Of a stretch of 64,000 nucleotides of DNA, positions 63,028 to 64,000 are shown in pieces. This DNA is from a virus (taxonomy: Duplodnaviria; Caudoviricetes), in IMG/VR virus record IMGVR_UViG_3300020047_006434, positions 1 through 64,000 of that record; one strand, 5' to 3'. Position numbers and translations under genes: made by a program. Within the stretch, counting starts at the first letter, position 1. The number at the start of each line of letters is the position of its first letter. The notes beneath the pieces were generated by a model that saw only the letters and a list, made by a program, of their open reading frames with translations, made no database searches and was not told the origin of the DNA.

Positions 63028-63251
63028 CAGCACAACCCAAGCACCCAGGCGGCAGACCACGCGGCAGCCGCAACAAACCAGGACACCAGGCAGGACGGCC
63101 AACGAAGGGGGTGATAGATGTTACTGTCACCCTACCCCCTGCCCTAGTCGAGTGGCTTGATACACTCGAGCCAAAAGGGAACCGCAGCGCCACCGTTACC
63201 CGACTTTTGCGGGATTTACAAGCGAACCATGATACAGTAAACACAGGTTAG
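63024..63251 (+). CDS. AT-hook + ribbon-helix-helix regulator (Aca-like position)
   Basis: GGRPRG, GRP, VTVTLPPALVEWLD...NRSATVTRLL. Confidence 0.75.
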   Translation: MTAQPKHPGGRPRGSRNKPGHQAGRPTKGVIDVTVTLPPALVEWLDTLEPKGNRSATVTRLLRDLQANHDTVNTG

Positions 63252-63273
63252 TTAATTCAGAAAGGAACTACAC

Positions 63274-63450
63274 ATGAACAAGCAATACACATACGAAGAA
63301 ACCGCCGAATCCTATAACCTCTGGGGCGAATACGTTGACCCAGAAGGAACAATGACAGAAGCTGAGTTTGATGAACTCAGCACCGAAGAAAAGATCCAGA
63401 TCCAAATCAAGTGCTTCGGTAAAGAAGAAAAGGTAAGCGACGAAGAGTAA
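63274..63450 (+). CDS. acrIE4: anti-CRISPR AcrIE4-like protein (58 aa, not in ORF track)
   Basis: MNKQYTYEETAESYNLWGEYVDPEGTMTEAEFDELSTEEKIQIQIKCFGKEE aligns without gaps to AcrIE4 as I recall it (QYTYEQIAEDFRLWGEYMDP...MTEEEF..LSTEEK..MQ..FG); GAAAGGA RBS. Confidence 0.75.
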   Translation: MNKQYTYEETAESYNLWGEYVDPEGTMTEAEFDELSTEEKIQIQIKCFGKEEKVSDEE

Positions 63451-63501
63451 TCAACCCGCCCCACCTCACAAGTGGGGCAATTCTTTTTGCAGGAGCGCCC
63501 A

Positions 63502-63732
63502 ATGCAAGAAAATCCACAATGGCAACTGCTCGAATGGTATCGCGGTTGCCCTATCGAACATCGACCAGGGATGCAACGCCGCGGGTATCGGCTCATCTAT
63601 CGCAATGACGCCGGCATTATAACGATGGTGCATTACACCGCCGATAAGTGTCGCCATCAATGCGACAGACTACACAAATCGCTAGGCGATCAAGTAGAAC
63701 TAACAGAAAAGGAATACGAAGCATACTCATGA
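63502..63732 (+). CDS. small early protein
   Basis: AGGAG RBS. Confidence 0.6.
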   Translation: MQENPQWQLLEWYRGCPIEHRPGMQRRGYRLIYRNDAGIITMVHYTADKCRHQCDRLHKSLGDQVELTEKEYEAYS

Positions 63733-64000
63733 TGACAAACTTCCAGGCAAAGCACCACATCGGCAAAGCGCTGGCCGAATCGCTGGGTATCGATGTCCAG
63801 GTTACGCAATCCGGCCAACTGACAGCCGATACACGCAGGTCAATCAATGCGGCCGGTTACTACTGGTTTCCTAGTCGTCGCTGTTGGGACAAGTTGCAGC
63901 CACATCCAGACACGACCGCCGCCGCCGTAGCGCTAGGTAGCAAGACCAGCGACAAAAAGGCTACAGCATCCCGTGAGAATGGCAAGCGCGGCGGACGGCC
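63729..64000 (+). CDS. early protein with ALGSKTS-KK-A-SRENGK-GGRP basic motif (3'-truncated)
   Basis: Open to the window end; the motif is common in small phage early DNA-binding proteins. Confidence 0.65.
   Translation, partial: MMTNFQAKHHIGKALAESLGIDVQVTQSGQLTADTRRSINAAGYYWFPSRRCWDKLQPHPDTTAAAVALGSKTSDKKATASRENGKRGGR

Noticed and set aside
1-64000. Integrase, att sites, genome termini
   Set aside because: None recognised. Both window ends fall inside genes, so lifestyle and genome size cannot be determined.

Overview
The window is a large part of a tailed dsDNA phage or prophage genome with an HK97-like head and a siphovirus-like tail. It is truncated at both ends, and no integrase or att site was seen. 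The host is probably a Chloroflexota bacterium, inferred from several secreted ORFs carrying the h-h-L-P-h-h motif. Layout: + strand replication and early/middle genes at 1-22969 (Cas4/RecB-like nuclease, J-domain, vWA, intein-containing primase-helicase, tRNA cluster, nucleotide-metabolism genes, HNH, ECF sigma); - strand late genes at 22966-60342 (tail fibres, tail, tape measure, capsid polyprotein, portal, terminases, membrane/lysis genes); and a + strand early island of small genes at 60588-64000. The main find is at 8454-10007: a stand-alone RAMP/Cas7-like gene, a translationally coupled accessory gene, and a 457-nt non-coding array of GGY-NN pentamers cut into about 60-70-nt segments by 4-nt GGCA phase shifts. 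This has the architecture of an RNA-guided system with a non-contiguous code. From memory, similar loci were recently called VIPR; I have not verified that here. Read as codons with the third base skipped, the first segment spells a Cas2-like motif (V-F/L-A-Y-D-I-S-x-N-R-K-R-T), so it may be an RNA-guided anti-CRISPR; this is inference. Other notable features are a 58-aa AcrIE4-like ORF missing from the ORF track, a hammerhead and a twister ribozyme, three non-canonical tRNA-like RNAs sharing an NNGGCUA loop, three pairs of duplicated structured intergenic RNAs, a 2H-phosphoesterase fused into the capsid polyprotein, and a membrane-anchored CHAT protease in the lysis region. All assignments come from reading motifs by eye; no searches were run.
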